A stretch of 64,000 nt of DNA from Octopus sinensis (lineage: Eukaryota). The stretch is taken from NCBI RefSeq assembly GCF_006345805.1, contig NC_043025.1, positions 9,300,001 through 9,364,000 on the forward strand. Reading direction: 5' to 3'. Of the stretch, positions 50,294 through 63,199 are shown piece by piece (within the stretch, counting starts at the first letter, position 1; the number at the start of each line of letters is the position of its first letter). Made by a program: the position numbers and the translations under genes. Under the pieces are notes generated by a model. The model did no database searches, was not told the origin of the DNA, and saw only the letters and a program-made list of their open reading frames with translations.

Positions 50294-53200
50294 ATGATGG
50301 TGATAGAACTTTCTTCGACGGTCAAAAGGCTTCAGTGACAGAAACAGTGTGTCTGATGTTATTGTTAATATAAGAACAAATTTACAAGGAATATGTAACC
50401 CTACCCACACCCCATTCCTCCACCACTATTATACCACACTTGTCAATAATGCTAATTATAATGAGATAATAAATTAATGTCATTATTAGACTTTAGAAAT
50501 TATATCTAATTAGTATCGCATAAATATAAACAAATATTTCACTTTTTGTTCCATGTGAAATCATGTCAAGACACAATCACATCTGGACATTACTGGACTA
50601 TAAGGGTCAATGACCCCAGTTTGTAGGGATGCGGTACTGGACCCAAATAAAACAAAATATTTACATGGAATAAACTGTTAGGTGAGCGAACAAGGTGGCG
50701 TTATGACAAAATAAGGTTACGTTTCAGACATACAATTGTAAGACTATCAATCAATAATAGCTAATTAATTATCATGTTAATGAGGTATACGGCTAGTACA
50801 GTAGCACATTGCCTGGCATTGCAATACTTGATATCTATAGAGATTGTATATAACATGTCAAAAGGATATCTAACCATCGTTATAATGATATCTATATAGA
50901 TTATATATAATCTGAGTGAGGGATACGTGACTCCCATTATAATGTTATCTATAGATTATATATAACCTGACAAAGGGATATCTGACCATCGTTATAGTGA
51001 TATTTATATAGACTTTATATACCTTGACAAAGGGATATTTGACCATCATTATAATGATATCTATATAGATTATATATATTCTGACTGAGGGATACGTGAC
51101 TCCCATTATAATGTTATCTATAGATTATATATAACCTGACAAAGGGATATCTGACCATCGTTATAATGATATCTATATAGATTTTATATACCCTGACAAA
51201 GGGATATTTGACCATCATTATAATGATATCTATATAGATTATATATAATCTGACTGAGGGATACGTAACTCCTATTATAATGTTATCTATAGATTATATA
51301 TAACCTGACAAAGGGATATCTGACCATCGTTATAGTGATATCTATATAGATTTTATATACATTGACAAAGGGATATTTGACCATCATTATAATGATATAT
51401 ATATAGATTATATATAATCTGACTGAGGGATACGTGACTCCCATTATAATGTTATCTATAGATTATATATAACCTGACAAAGGGATATCTGACCATCGTT
51501 ATAATGATATCTATATAGATTTTATATACCCTGACAAAGGGATATCTGACCATCGTTATAATGATATCAATACAGATTGTATATAAGCTGAGAAAAGGGG
51601 TATGTAATTATCATTATAAAGATATCTCTATAGATTGTGAGGTGTGTGGCTTAATGTTTAGGGCATTCGGCTCATGGCAATAAGGTCGTAATTTCAATTC
51701 TTGGCGGTATGTCATGTCCTTGAGCAAGACACTATATTCCACACTCCTCGCCTCCACTCAGCTGACAAAAATGAGTCCTACCAGTTATTGAAAGGGTTGG
51801 CCTTTTCACATTCTGTGTTATGATGAATCCCCCTGAGTATTAGATTAAGGGTTCATATATCTGTGGAGTACTCAGCCACTTTCACGTTACTTTCATGAGC
51901 AGCCTGTTTCCTTGATTAGCAAACTGGATCTCTCATCCTCCTAACCGATGGAGTGCCAGTTTTCTATATAGATTGTATCTGAGAACAGTTGATATTATAG
52001 TAGTTCCATGAGCAATCACAGAAAAATGGTACCAGGGCCAGTACCAAATACTTACAATAATTTCTTTCACCAGTCAAATAACAACGACCAGGTTCCAAGA
52101 TTCAATTTAAACGTAAGAACGGAAATAAAACCAACAGTTAAAAAACACAGAAAAGTGTGTTTGTATTAACATTAATATAATCTAAAAACCAATAAGAATG
52201 AGTATAAATATGGATGGAAAGTGTTATTCAAATCATGTAGCAAGTGTTGATTATATATGGTTACAAATAAGGAGTTGTGTGTTCAAATCACATTAGGAAT
52301 TCCTATTCTATTCCTCTTTGTATATTTTATACGTGAACATAAATACTTTGTTTATATGTAAACATATGTTCACAGTTCATTACAGTCAAGACATTCAGTG
52401 AAATTAATTTAACGATCAATTCTCTTAGGATTAATATTGTAATTTTTTTAATTTATCACAACAATATATGTCCTAACCTGAGACATTCCGGGTACGTACC
52501 CTAACAAGAGATGACATCTCAGATCAAACAGTGGACTAATATTATTGTTTAGCATTTTCATAACATGATAAATTATGAAGAATTTCTGGAGGATAACTTT
52601 GCAAAATATGTTGAAACTATCGATGCCATCTTTCACCAAATAAACATTCACAGCAACACAAAACAATTCATTAAGCAACACAATTCATTAAGCAAAACAA
52701 TTAATTAAGCAATCAAAGCCTCTAATGTTGTTCTTTAATCGCTCAGTTGAGATTTTCTCATTGAATCTTCTATTTTACCAAAAATCATTCTGATGTTCTT
52801 GTAAGTAACATTGTCTTTTATCAGATACTGATAAATCATTAAGCCCTCTAATCACTCACAATTGACTGTAAAAAACATGATATTTACTGAGGGAATCTGG
52901 CAGCTATTAATATTTCTGTTAGTCGCCGTTTAACTTGCAGTATCACTCATTAGTCTTATCTTGCAAACAGTATCCTCTTGAAGTGAAGCAAACCTTGTAT
53001 TGGACGAAGACGAAGTTTGGTGGATGAGGTGATTGATAAAGTATCACAAAGAGAAAAGACACTTTTATCATAAATCTGCTACATTTATGACAGGTGTGAC
53101 TCTACATAGTAACATGAAGTATATTATTCAACAGCATAAAGTCAATGAGAAAACAGACAGATCATCAAATAGTATTTTACCGAATCCACGTTTGTCAACT

Positions 53201-56200
53201 ATAACTTGTTGACACTTGGGACAATTTTTAGGCTCATTTCTGAACAGCAATCTTTACATGTAACAGTGTGCTCACATGGTTGAAACGTCACTGTAGCTTC
53301 ACTAGATTTACACAGCAGACATCTGTTGAACAAAACATAGAGGCATAACACTGATGATATTCATTTATAACAAATATTGCATTGAGTACATGTTTAGAGT
53401 ACAGATTATTACGAGATACTACAAGAACCAGCAAAAGTACAACAAAAAATCTTTTTTAAATAATTACATAAATGCAAATGATATCTGTACAAAACCCTAG
53501 AACCCTTTTGAAAATTCATGAGTTGAATGCAGTAAAAGTCATGCTTCTATCTGCCTTCAATGCACAAGTAATCTCTTGATGATCCCAGTCCAAGAAAAAG
53601 GTAAAAAATGGTTCTATGATGGATGGAATATAGGAAATGGCCCAACCCACAATTTCAGTGCCTGACCTGTGTGTCTTTTCCAACTATTGCTGTCAAACAA
53701 AAGCAGTCCATCCACAAGGAAATTACGGATAGTCGATGAGGGATTTCCGAATTGAGCATCGAAATTGCAGATATTAAAGCAAAAATCAGAGGTATTCGAT
53801 TAATGAATGAAATATGGCGACTGTTCTCTATTGCAGGAGGCCAATAGGCACTTCTGGTTTGTGATTAGTGTGAAAAAGATGATGAAACGATGTGTGTAAA
53901 AGATGATGAAAAGATGATGTGGTCTTTGGTCAAAACACAGAATAACGTATTGGGAGAATTAAAACTAAACAAAACATATGAACATAATTGTGTACAAAAT
54001 AGAAAATTCTCTGCTTAGTCTTGTCATTGTTAGAGAATACTTACAATGGTGGTGGGAAAAGTGCTTTAATTTTTTCCTTTAAATTTGTATCGTTGATAAG
54101 ATCCAGCGGCATCACATTCCATACGTTTCTGTGGTAAAAGTTGGCTCCATTGTCGGCCAGAAAACAAGCCACTGCTAGGCTTGAAAGCTTGCCTCCTTTG
54201 CTAAGCTGGAGCTTTTTGTAGTACTACAAATGATGAAATATAAAAAGGACGAGTACAATAGTACACAAATACAAACAAAATCATAACATCAAGTCAAATA
54301 CAAGAAATATAATGGAACAAATATCACAATAATAAAATACCTATCTATGCAAGTGGCTTGATGAAGGCAACTGGACACAGCAACAGAAATACTTTGGGAA
54401 GAATATTGTGTATATTAATACAACCCCTGTCAGCATAGACGATTGGCATTAAATGATGATGATGATGACGATGATGATGATGATAAGGGTGATGGTGGTG
54501 GTTGTGATGGTGATGATCGCGACGATGAGGACGATGATGATGATGAACACAACAAGATAACAAAACATATATGTTATATCAGAAACAACAAAGAACACCT
54601 AAGACATAGCAATTTCTTCAGATGTAACAAAACCAACACCACACAGACTTATCCAAATATATCAACAATGTTTCCATAATTATTAAAGAAACATCTTTGG
54701 GTGATGAAGGTGAAGTAAAAGAAGTAAGAATTGGTGTCACGGTTGAGGCAACACACCAACACATTATATTTGATAAACTGTGGAAACTGTTAGTCTGACA
54801 GACAATTCCAGCAATGGAGGGAGAAGGGCATTTGACTGCCAGGAGATTTTTTTACCAAAGTGGACATTACCACAACACAAAGATGACCATCAAATGTCTG
54901 AAATACAGTCACACATCTGTAGAGACCGTTACTCATGTGGGAATCAGTGAGTTGCTCTAAGTGCGCAAAATTTAACAGTAAATACTGTTAAATCTACTGA
55001 TGGTTAGATGTTGATGTATTTGTATTTTCACACACATACACACACACGCATACACACACACACAAACACACACACACTCACACACACACACACACATGTA
55101 TGTGAGTGAAAGTAAGTGAACAAATGAGAGAGGGGCACTCAACCAATTCATTGGAAGTTACATGTATGGATCAAAACAGTTTGGATCATTAAACTATTTG
55201 ATCCATATATATATATATATATGTATGTATGTACGTACGTATGTATGTATATTGCTTTATTGTATCCAATCTCTAGTGTTCTAACATTCAATATTGTTAT
55301 GACATGTCCACATGAAGCCAGAGGATAAATATTGTGTACAAGAAGTAAGACAGGGAGCTGTTTTTTCAGAATCCCTCATAGAATGGAATGGATGTATTTA
55401 TCATGGCACTTGCATTCTAAAGGTTGCCATCATGTCTCTCTGTTTCTCTTTCTATCTCTTATAAATAAATCCACACGTATATATATATTTACAAATAATT
55501 CTAAAACTTACCTTATCCAAGACAGTTAAGGATTCATCCTCAGAATGGAACTCCTTTTTCCTCACCGCAAGGTGAAGACAATTGTTTCCGATATTATCGA
55601 CCACATTTACGTCTGCTCCTTTAGAAATGAATTCCTGCATTATTCTGAAGTTGCCGCAAGAGACAGCTTGAAGAAATGGTGTTATACCATCCCAGTTTGT
55701 TATGTTCAATTTCACTGAATCCTTTGTCGAAGTAAAAAGAGAGAATGAAAATTTACATGAAAACCAGGGTGGCTATCAATGTGTCATTACTGCCTTCTAC
55801 TGGGTACTTGATCAAACCGATCGTGTACATTTCATGTTTGTCAGTGAAGTTAGCCTTGCATAAGGTCCCTCTATAACTTACTATGAGTGTGTTTAAGAGA
55901 CATGATACATCTATTAAGATGTAATAAACAGATTGGTTCAGTCTAATCTACGTTTATCCCTCACTGAAGTAAAATTTAGGGTAGTTCAAATGGACCGAAC
56001 ACAAGATTAGCAGGTTAAGTTTAATAAAGAAGACCTTTAGGACTTGCGTATAATTTTGATGTTACTAAATTAATAAGGGGTTCATAAAATTTATGTCAAA
56101 GCAAAATCGAACGCACAAACATGGAGTGTGTGTCGTTAAGTTCTTCGGCTGGTTGCATTTTTAGGTGTGAGAGAATATATTCTCAATGTGTCTGGTGGTG

Positions 56201-58146
56201 TTAAAAACACATGAAAGTAAGTCATAGGCAAGTGAGACAACTCACATCATATGTATGTCTGTATTTGTGGTATAACTTCAAAGAGATTTGTTTTGTAAGG
56301 CCAGAACAATGTGAGAAGGTACAAAGTAAACTACAAAAGGAAAAGAGTGGACTGGGCGCCCCAGCACGAGTGCTTTTACGTGGCACCAGCACCAGCAGGG
56401 TGACCAAATAACTTGCAAGACAAAGACTTCTCAGCTGAAGGAAGAAATGAAACTGAGGGAAGTGGCTGTGTACCAGTCAGGAGGTTCGAGCATGACAGGG
56501 GGACAGAGATAGTTGTCTTACTATAGAGGAGTTCTTGCCTGCCTCATTAGGACAAGGACGGAGGAGGGAAGGGGGGTTAGGGAGAAAATAGAGAGATAGA
56601 AATAGATGGGGGTGGAAATGCATTGGTGCCTACACTAAGGGAAAGGTGGGGAGGGGGAGTATAAGTAGTAGAAAGGAGATAGAAGGTGATGTGTCATAAG
56701 AGTGTGAGGGAAGATGTTTAGAGATGGGGAGGAGGGGACTGTAGCAAATGATGGAGGAAGAAACTGGAGTGGCTGGGGAGGTGGGGTATTGGTAGATAAT
56801 GTGTGTGGGGGGTATTGAGTGCAGATAGGCATGTGAGGTAGAGTGGAGGGGCCTGCAGCAGGTGATGATCATGGGTGATGGGAGGATGCGATGTGGGGGA
56901 GTTTTTAGAAAGGACAGATTGTATGTAAAATCATTTCTCACAAATTTGTCCCACATCTTCCTGGATCAACCCCTTCTGCAGTTTCCCTCCCTAGTTACAG
57001 ATCAGCAATTTTTATGCAACTGTCCTCATTCGTACACCTCACATGGCCATAGCAATGCAGTCTTCTCTCTTGTACACTACGTCGCATGTCTCTTGTACTC
57101 GAGGTTTCTCTTAAATCTTTTACACTCAGTAGCAGACTAGTAACATCTCCATCAATGACTTCACTGTTTCCCCTGTATCTGACGAGGTATGTTACAGGTA
57201 TCTAGGGGTGGATGAAAATATATCTTACAATGGCACCTGTAACAAAGCACGTGTCACTAAAGAATATTACAGCTGTATAAAGACAATTTGGACCTCAGAA
57301 CTCTCTGCATTCAATAAAACAGTGGCCCACAATGTGTTTGCAGTGCCAGTACTCATACTTGGGTTGCTTGATTGGATGCTTGATGTGCTCCGAGCCATTG
57401 ATGTGAAAAATACTAACAAGCACACATAATTTCACACATAAACAGTGATGTAGACCACCTCTACTTTATACATAAAGAAGAGGCTTAACACCAATCATTA
57501 TGGTATTATCTACTAATGAGGCATGATGTTGTAGCTAGGACACTCTATAATGAAATCTGTTGGAATGATAATCCCGAGGGGAAAGAAACAAGAACCCACA
57601 ATATGGTGGAAGCCATAGCTGCTCATAATAAAATAGAATACTGGTGGAATGCAACTACATGCATGAGAATACATACATAAAATATACAAATCTTCACATA
57701 CATGCATACATACATGTATATACATTTATATACACAAACACACATACAGACGATATCTCTTTAAGTATCGTAGCCTGTTGATAACAGTGAGAGAGGTTTT
57801 AATTACAAGAGAACAAATTAATTAGTTATAAATATACCAACCGTTCTTCAAATTAGTTTATGACATTAATATATTCCTCACTTATCAAATCTCAACAATT
57901 CTTCATTTTATTATATTTTTCAGTGATGCAGAAGAACAATTGCTTGTTTGGTTCCTGTTCTTCAACTAGATTTGGTATCCTATGGCATTCCATCTCAGCT
58001 ATAATGAGATGCTTTTAACATACAGGTTGACAATCGTAATATATTTACCTATGTTGGTGTACTTTATGGATTTGAGGAGAAATATATTCATGTAAGTGTG
58101 TGTGTGATATACATACATACATACATACATACATACATACATACAC

Positions 58147-58214
<68 letters not shown>

Positions 58215-58863
58215 AAAGATAATTTTTTGTGATATATTTGTGTTAATTTCATAATAATCTTGTACACATTTCGTATAATCTAGTCATTAAAAAACTAACC
58301 TGGGATAGCATCAACGTGACTACATCATAGCTTTGTCTGAAAGTTATTCAAAGAAGAAAGAAAAATATTAAAAAATACGAAAATCATAGAGGTTGAGATA
58401 ATTAATATTTGTTAGGTATTTAATTAATGAAAACAGATTTAATGAGCTACCTACAACCTGTTTACATCAATAATTATATAGACACACATAAATATAATCG
58501 ATATATACACTCTAACCAGTTGATTAATCATATATATATACATCTGAATAAACACCACAATGTGTTCTATGGTACAACGAACAACAAGTTGACCTCAGCA
58601 GGATTTGAACTCAGGATACAAAGGGTCGTAAATAAATAACACAAGGTATTGTATCCAGCAGTATCCAGAAACAGGAAGAGGTTAGAATCCTTGAATATTA
58701 CTGTTTGATATTAAATGAACCCTTAGATATTACTGGTATAGATTATATCGACTCTGGAATTATTTCAGCTTGGAACATAAACAGTAAATACTTGTAGGGG
58801 ATGATTCTGTATTTAACCCTGGGTCAGAGGAAAGAGGGACATTACAAGACAGGAAGAGAGAGA

Positions 58864-58902
<39 letters not shown>

Positions 58903-61756
58903 GAAGTATGGTGTTTTATGTGGAGTAAAAGTAAGAGAGAGGATTTGAACATGTGATGTTGTGGTAATGGAGAATGAGATGAAGTGAAAGATCTAGTCAG
59001 GGACAACAACAACAACAACAAAAACAACTACAACAACAACAGCAAGAACAACAATAACAATAAATATGGCGGTGATTACTGAATAAAGTAGATGGTAGTG
59101 TCATTACAGTAAGAGAGAGAAAGAAGAAGAAGGATGACCCATGATGCTGACTCACCTTAGAACTGCCTGATGGAGTAGTGTGTTACCAGATTTATCTCTT
59201 TTATAGTAATCAATGCTCGGATGCTGCAGTAAGAGATTAACTGTATCCGTGTGTCCCTTGTCCCAGGCCTGGTGGAGTGGTGTGTACCCATTGGTAGCCT
59301 CAGTGTTTACATCAATAGCAGGGTGCTTCAGTAAATGCTTAACTGTATCTGTGTGTCCCTTGTTACAGGCCTGGTGGAGTGGTGTGCTGATTGCTATCCT
59401 TAGCATTTACATCAATAGCAGAGTGCTGCAGTAGATGCTTAACTGTCTCCGTGAGTCCCTCGGCACAGGCCTGGTGGAGTGGTGTGTGCCCTTTTTTATT
59501 CACAGCATTTACATCAATAGCAGAGAGCTGCAGTAGATGCTTAACTGTCTCCGTGTGTCCCTCGGCACAGGCCTGGTGGAGTGGTGTGTGCCCTTTTTTA
59601 TTCACAGCATTTACGTCAATATCAGAGTGCTGCAGTAGATGCTTAACTGTCTCCGTGTGTCCCTCGGCACAGGCCTGGTGGAGTGGTGTGTGCCCTTTTT
59701 TATTCACAGCATTTACGTCAATATCAGAGTGCTGCAGTAGATGCTTAACTGTATCTGTGTGTCCCTTGTCACAGGCCTGGTGGAGTGGTGTGCACTGATC
59801 TATATCCTTAGCATTTACATTAATATCAGAGTGCTGCAGTAGATGTTTAACTGTCTCCGTGTGTCCCTTGACACAGGCCCGGTGTAGTGGTGTGTACTGT
59901 TTATTGTCCTTAGCATTTACATCAATATCAGAGTGCTGCAGTAGATGTTTAACTGTATCCGTGTATCCCATGCCACAGGCCCATTGTAGTTCTGTGCACT
60001 GATCACAATCCTCAACATTTACTTCATTATCAGAGTGATGCAGTAAGAGATTAACTATCTCCGTGTGTCCCATGCCCCTTGCCCGGTGTAGTGGTGTGTC
60101 CTGATTGCTATCCTTAGCATTTACATCAATATCAGAATGCTGCAGTAGATGCTTAACTGTCTCCGTGTGTCCCCTGAGACAAGCCCAGTGTAGGGCTGTG
60201 ATCCTATTGGTCGCCATAGCATTTACATTAATATCAGAGTGCTGCAGTAGATGTTTAACTGTCTCCGTGTATCCCTCGTCCCAAGCCAGGTGTAGTGGTG
60301 TGTACTTATCGTTCTTCTTAGCATTCACATTAATATCAGAGTGCTGCAGTAGATGTTTAACTGTCTCCGTGTGTCCCCTGAGGCAAGCCCAGTGTAGGGG
60401 TGTGACCCAATAGTTGTCCTTAGCATTTACATCAATATCAGAATGCTGCAATAGATGTTTAACTGTCTCCGTGTATCCCTCGACACAGGCCCAGTGTAGT
60501 GGTGTGTACTGATTGCTATCTTTAGAATTTACCTCAATATCAGAGTGCTGCAGTAGATGTTTAACTGTCTCCGTGTATCCCTCGACACAGGCCCAGTGTA
60601 GTGGTGTGGCCCCATAGTCATCCCTAGCCTTTACATCAATATCAGTGTGCTGCAGTAGATGTTTAACTGTCTCCGTGTGTCCCTCGACAGAGGCCCGGTG
60701 TAGTGGTGTGTACTGATTGTTATCCTTAGCATTTACATCAATATCAGAGTGCTGCAGTAGATGTTTAACTGTCTCCGTGCGTCGATCCCAACAAGCCAAG
60801 TGAAGGGGTGTGTTCTGACATCTATCCTTAGCATTTACATCAATAGCATGGTGCTGCAGTAGATGTTGAGCTGTTTCTGTGTGTCCCTTGACACAGGTCA
60901 GGTGTAGTGGTGTGTTCTGATCGCTATCCTTAGCATTTACATCAATATCAGGGTGCTGCAGTAGATGTTTAACTGTCTCCGTGTATCCCTTGACACAGGC
61001 CAGGTGTAGTGGTGTGTTCTGATCGCTATCCTTAGCATTTACATTAATAACAAACTGCTGCAGTAGATGTTTAACTGTCTCCGTGTGTCCCTCGACAGAG
61101 GCCCTGTGTAGTGGTGTGTACTGATTTCTATCCTTAGCATTTACATCAATAGCAGAGTGCTTCAGTAGATGTTTAACTGTTTCTGTGTGTCCCGTGACAC
61201 AGGCCCGGTGTAGTGGTGAGTACTGACCGCTATCCTTGGCATTTACATCAATATCAGAGTGCTGCAGTAGATGTTTAACTGTCTCCGTGTATCCCTCGAC
61301 ACAGGCCCAGTGTAGTGGTGTGTACTGATTGTTATCCTTAGCATTTACATTAATATCAATCTGCTGCAGTAGATGTTTAACTGTCTCCGTGTGTCCCTTG
61401 ACACAGGCCAGGTGTAGTGGTGTGTTCTGATCGCTATCCTTAGCATTTACATTAATAACAAACTGCTGCAGTAGATGTTTAACTGTCTCCGTGTATCCCT
61501 TGTCACAGGCCGGGTGTAGTGGTGTGCACTGATCGCTATCCTTAGCATTTACATCAATATCAGAGTGCTGCAGTAGATGTTTAGCTGTCTCTTCGTGTCC
61601 CTTGACATAGGCCAGGTGTAGTGGTGTGTACAGATCGTTATTCGGAGCATTTACATCAATGTCAGGCTGCTGCAACAGATGTTCAGCAATTTCTGTGTGT
61701 CCGAGAGCACAGGCCAGATGTAGTAGTGTGTCACCATCTCTATTTTGTTGATTTAT
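47552..61756 (-). CDS. Gene B: paralogous ankyrin / RING / Death-domain protein with a 25-repeat ankyrin exon (two frameshifts; possible pseudogene or assembly errors)
   Basis: Exons 61756-59156, 58336-58300, 55721-55512, 54223-54045, 53322-53181, 50007-49936 and 47754-47552 have the same phases as in gene A. There is a 2-bp deletion near 59386 and a 1-bp deletion near 53244. Confidence 0.85.
48221..48512 (-). mobile_element. tRNA-derived SINE, family B
   Basis: Homolog of the other family B copies. Confidence 0.85.
49936..50007 (-). CDS. Gene B 72-bp Death-domain start exon
   Basis: ttcag|SLKLKEIHIQKVANKLGSKWREV|gtgagt. Confidence 0.82.
50830..51636. repeat. Minisatellite of 55-57-bp monomers in a 169-bp trimeric higher-order repeat
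   Basis: The GGGATACGT variant recurs at 50920, 51089, 51258 and 51427, interleaved with GGGATATCTGACC and GGGATATTTGACC monomers. Confidence 0.92.
51640..51958 (+). mobile_element. SINE family D (full length, old)
   Basis: tRNA-like head GTGGCTTAATG..TTCAATTC, GTCCTTGAGCAAGACAC core-like segment, family D tail. Confidence 0.7.
53181..53322 (-). CDS. Gene B RING exon (1-bp deletion)
   Basis: [26 protein letters not shown]/..CPKCQQVIVDKRGF; 142 bp versus 143 bp in gene A. Confidence 0.85.
54045..54223 (-). CDS. Gene B last ankyrin exon
   Basis: YYKKLQLSKGGKLSSLAVACFLADNGANFYHRNVWNVMPLDLIND.., resembling the Mind bomb A.ACFLA..GA....N....PLDL segment. Confidence 0.85.
55512..55721 (-). CDS. 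Gene B ankyrin exon
   Basis: DSVKLNITNWDGITPFLQAVSCG..NCLHLAVRKKEFHSEDESLTVLDK|gtaagt. Confidence 0.88.
57140..57660 (+). mobile_element. Old R4/Dong-like RT fragment
   Basis: YRYLGVDENI..YYSCIKTIWTSELSAFNKTVAHNVFAVPVL aligns by eye with the thumb region of the LINE at 6976-10198. Confidence 0.7.
58300..58336 (-). CDS. Gene B 37-bp exon (QSYDVVTLMLSQ)
   Basis: tttcag|...|gttagt; paralog of 30953-30989. Confidence 0.8.
59156..61756 (-). CDS. Gene B giant exon: 25 tandem 102-bp (34-aa) ankyrin repeats plus a partial 26th
   Basis: Consensus VNAKDxxQxTPLHxACxxGHTETVKHLLQHSDID. Expected length 25x102+53=2603 versus 2601 observed, matching the 2-bp deletion near 59386. Confidence 0.93.
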
Positions 61757-62179
61757 CTGAAAAGAAATAACAATAAAGAATCTAAAATTTGTGGCTAGGA
61801 AAGGAAAGGTAGAAGCCTTACACAATTCTCAGAAACAGAAGATAAAGTATTCGACTCATACACAGGAGGAATGATGCGTTTCTAGGGGTGAGTAATTAAA
61901 TGAGATTTGTATTGTATTTATAGACAGGTACACTCACAGGTATAGATAGATACATATACATGTGAGTGTGTCGATAATACACACACACGTATATTTATAA
62001 TCTCTTCCTTTCAGTGTTGTAGCAAAGGATTGGGTCTAGATAATGGAAAAAAGTGAAGAGAGTGTGTAGTGGGGAGTGATCTAAGACTCATCAAAGATTT
62101 GATGTTTTCATACATTTGACAGAACAAAGAATTGGCATAACTCCTGACGTCCAAAAGAACTTTCAACTGTGTATGGCAA

Positions 62180-62890
62180 GGGAACGTCATGACAAAGTCA
62201 CCATCCATCTACTGACTTCATCTGTCTCTCATCTCTTGGACTGAATATTTCCTGCCAGAATACTCCGTTGCAGTGTGTGATGACAGGCTTCTCTCTCACT
62301 CACATTCCATCAACTCTGACATGCTTCATGATTGGGTTGAATTTTCATAAACTCTAATGATAATGAGAATTAGAAGGTGGGGGTGAAGGAAGGAATGAAA
62401 TATCATGGACAAATATATGTGGTTAGTTAGGAACACAGGTGTGTATAAAATAACAATCAACTTTGAGAAGGTAATCAACAGAACAACTTACTTTATGTGA
62501 ATTTTGTTCAATATATTCTTTAATATATTGAGTGTCACTAAGCAAAAGTTTACTTATATTCTCATCGAATTCCATCTTTTAAAGGAAATATGCTAGAAAA
62601 AGAAAGAAATCAAAAGTTTCAAAACCTTATAAAATGAGGTAAACAACAATATAAAGAAGACTGTGTTTCTCACATTTCTCATAAAATATTACAAAAATTA
62701 GAAATTTCAATTTATCTAAAGTATTATTTACATCTGGATGTTCTTCCTGGCACTAATAAACCTAACAACAGTCATTGTGTTGAGTCTCTTGGTCAGCTAC
62801 ATTACTCTGCTTATTACAGTCTGATTGGTGACAAGTAAACGCTGAATATTGGAATGTACAGTCTGTTGGTCAGCCAGGTGGAGATACTGT
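62180..62890 (-). other. Gene B putative 5' non-coding exons/leader region
   Basis: Inverted homolog of 22740-23500 with conserved splice signals. Confidence 0.5.
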
Positions 62891-63199
62891 TCATGTTGGG
62901 CTTGGGTTTGTGGATCATACCTCAGCTAAGTGGAGACAATGTATACCTTGCGCTATAGATCATTCCTCAGAGAGGTGTAAATACAGTACCCTTTGAGCTG
63001 AGGGCCTATGGATAATACCTTGTTATTCAACTCACTGATTATGGGCCAGAGGTGGGTTTGATGAGAACTTACCTGGAGCTATTCAACAACAAATTCCAAC
63101 AACTCAGAAGTGATGGAAACAGTCATAAACAACCAAATTCTTTATCAATTTCGATATCATTTTCTATTCTGTGACCACCACTGTGGTTCGATATTTTCA

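Noticed and set aside
50830-51636. CRISPR-like array
   Set aside because: No unique spacers, eukaryotic context and no cas genes; it is a tandem minisatellite.
59213-60413. Plus-strand repetitive ORFs opposite the ankyrin array
   Set aside because: Antisense shadows of the 102-bp coding repeats.
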